IMG/VR virus record: IMGVR_UViG_3300024269_000002
DNA: 64,000 nucleotides
From: a virus
Lineage: Duplodnaviria > Heunggongvirae > Uroviricota > Caudoviricetes
Direction: 5' to 3' (one strand)
Position 1 is the stretch's first letter. The number at the start of each line of letters is the position of its first letter. This document shows positions 63,777 to 64,000 of the stretch, in pieces. A program made the translations under genes and the position numbers. Below the pieces are notes generated by a model. The model had not been told where the DNA came from and did no database searches. It saw nothing but the letters and a program-made list of their open reading frames with translations.

Positions 63777-64000
63777 ATGAGTGATAATCCTATTCTTCAA
63801 GAGCTAGAACAATATGTAGACTGGCTCAGCTTAGAATACTATGATAAACGCATCAAGGATTACATTGATGTTCGTTGTACTGAGGATCTAAGAATTGGTG
63901 GTGAAGTTTCCGCTGCTTGGTTAAGTATTGCACCCGTTGCAGAAAATCAGAACAACCTTTACATTGTAAATGAAGCTTTTACAACTGGTGCAACATTCTC
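63777..64000 (+). CDS. hypothetical protein (5' partial; continues beyond the window)
   Basis: AAGGAGATAG RBS; ORF open to the window end. Confidence 0.45.
   Translation, partial: MSDNPILQELEQYVDWLSLEYYDKRIKDYIDVRCTEDLRIGGEVSAAWLSIAPVAENQNNLYIVNEAFTTGATF

Noticed and set aside
1-64000. CRISPR arrays, rRNA, integrase/transposase genes
   Set aside because: There are no regularly spaced direct repeats and no recombinase or transposase motifs in any credible ORF. The window appears to be a purely lytic-type phage gene block.

Overview
The window is a contiguous block of a tailed-phage genome, AT-rich with codon usage typical of a Firmicutes phage. About 100 genes are almost all on the + strand, arranged in short operons that often overlap by ATGA start/stop junctions. 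They are punctuated by at least 19 copies of one conserved sigma-70-like promoter (tAGTTGAWT -N17- TATAAT, usually with an AACWGTT element in the spacer) and about 17 rho-independent terminators.

Genes I can call from sequence:
- an SPFH/flotillin-like protein, plus a second SPFH lipoprotein
- a 5'(3')-deoxyribonucleotidase
- peptide deformylase
- a DUF932 protein
- a T4-like two-subunit type II topoisomerase (GyrB-like and GyrA-like subunits)
- dUTPase
- dCMP deaminase
- a RelA/SpoT-type HD hydrolase (small alarmone hydrolase)
- a Tpt1/KptA RNA 2'-phosphotransferase, co-operonic with a KH-domain protein and zinc-ribbon proteins
- an ASCH/DUF3850 protein
- BspA-type LRR proteins and a Listeria-Bacteroides-repeat surface protein
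- a giant 1629-aa protein with a Rossmann methyltransferase-like segment
- three consecutive polyvalent peptidoglycan hydrolases (CHAP, amidase_2, M15, tail-lysozyme, esterase and M23 domains) followed by an LL-H-type holin candidate
- a trio of very acidic proteins
- the start of a probable structural module

The accessory content is notable for:
- a GC-rich Hint/BIL-domain two-gene cassette bracketed by matching hairpins
- dense runs of small Cys4 zinc-ribbon ORFs
- a spread of RNA-directed functions (Tpt1, KH, ASCH, cREC-like receiver)
- several strongly codon-optimised outlier genes of unknown function
- palindromic operator-like sites that share half-sites

No tRNA, rRNA or CRISPR array was found. 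Minus-strand ORFs all look like antisense artefacts.
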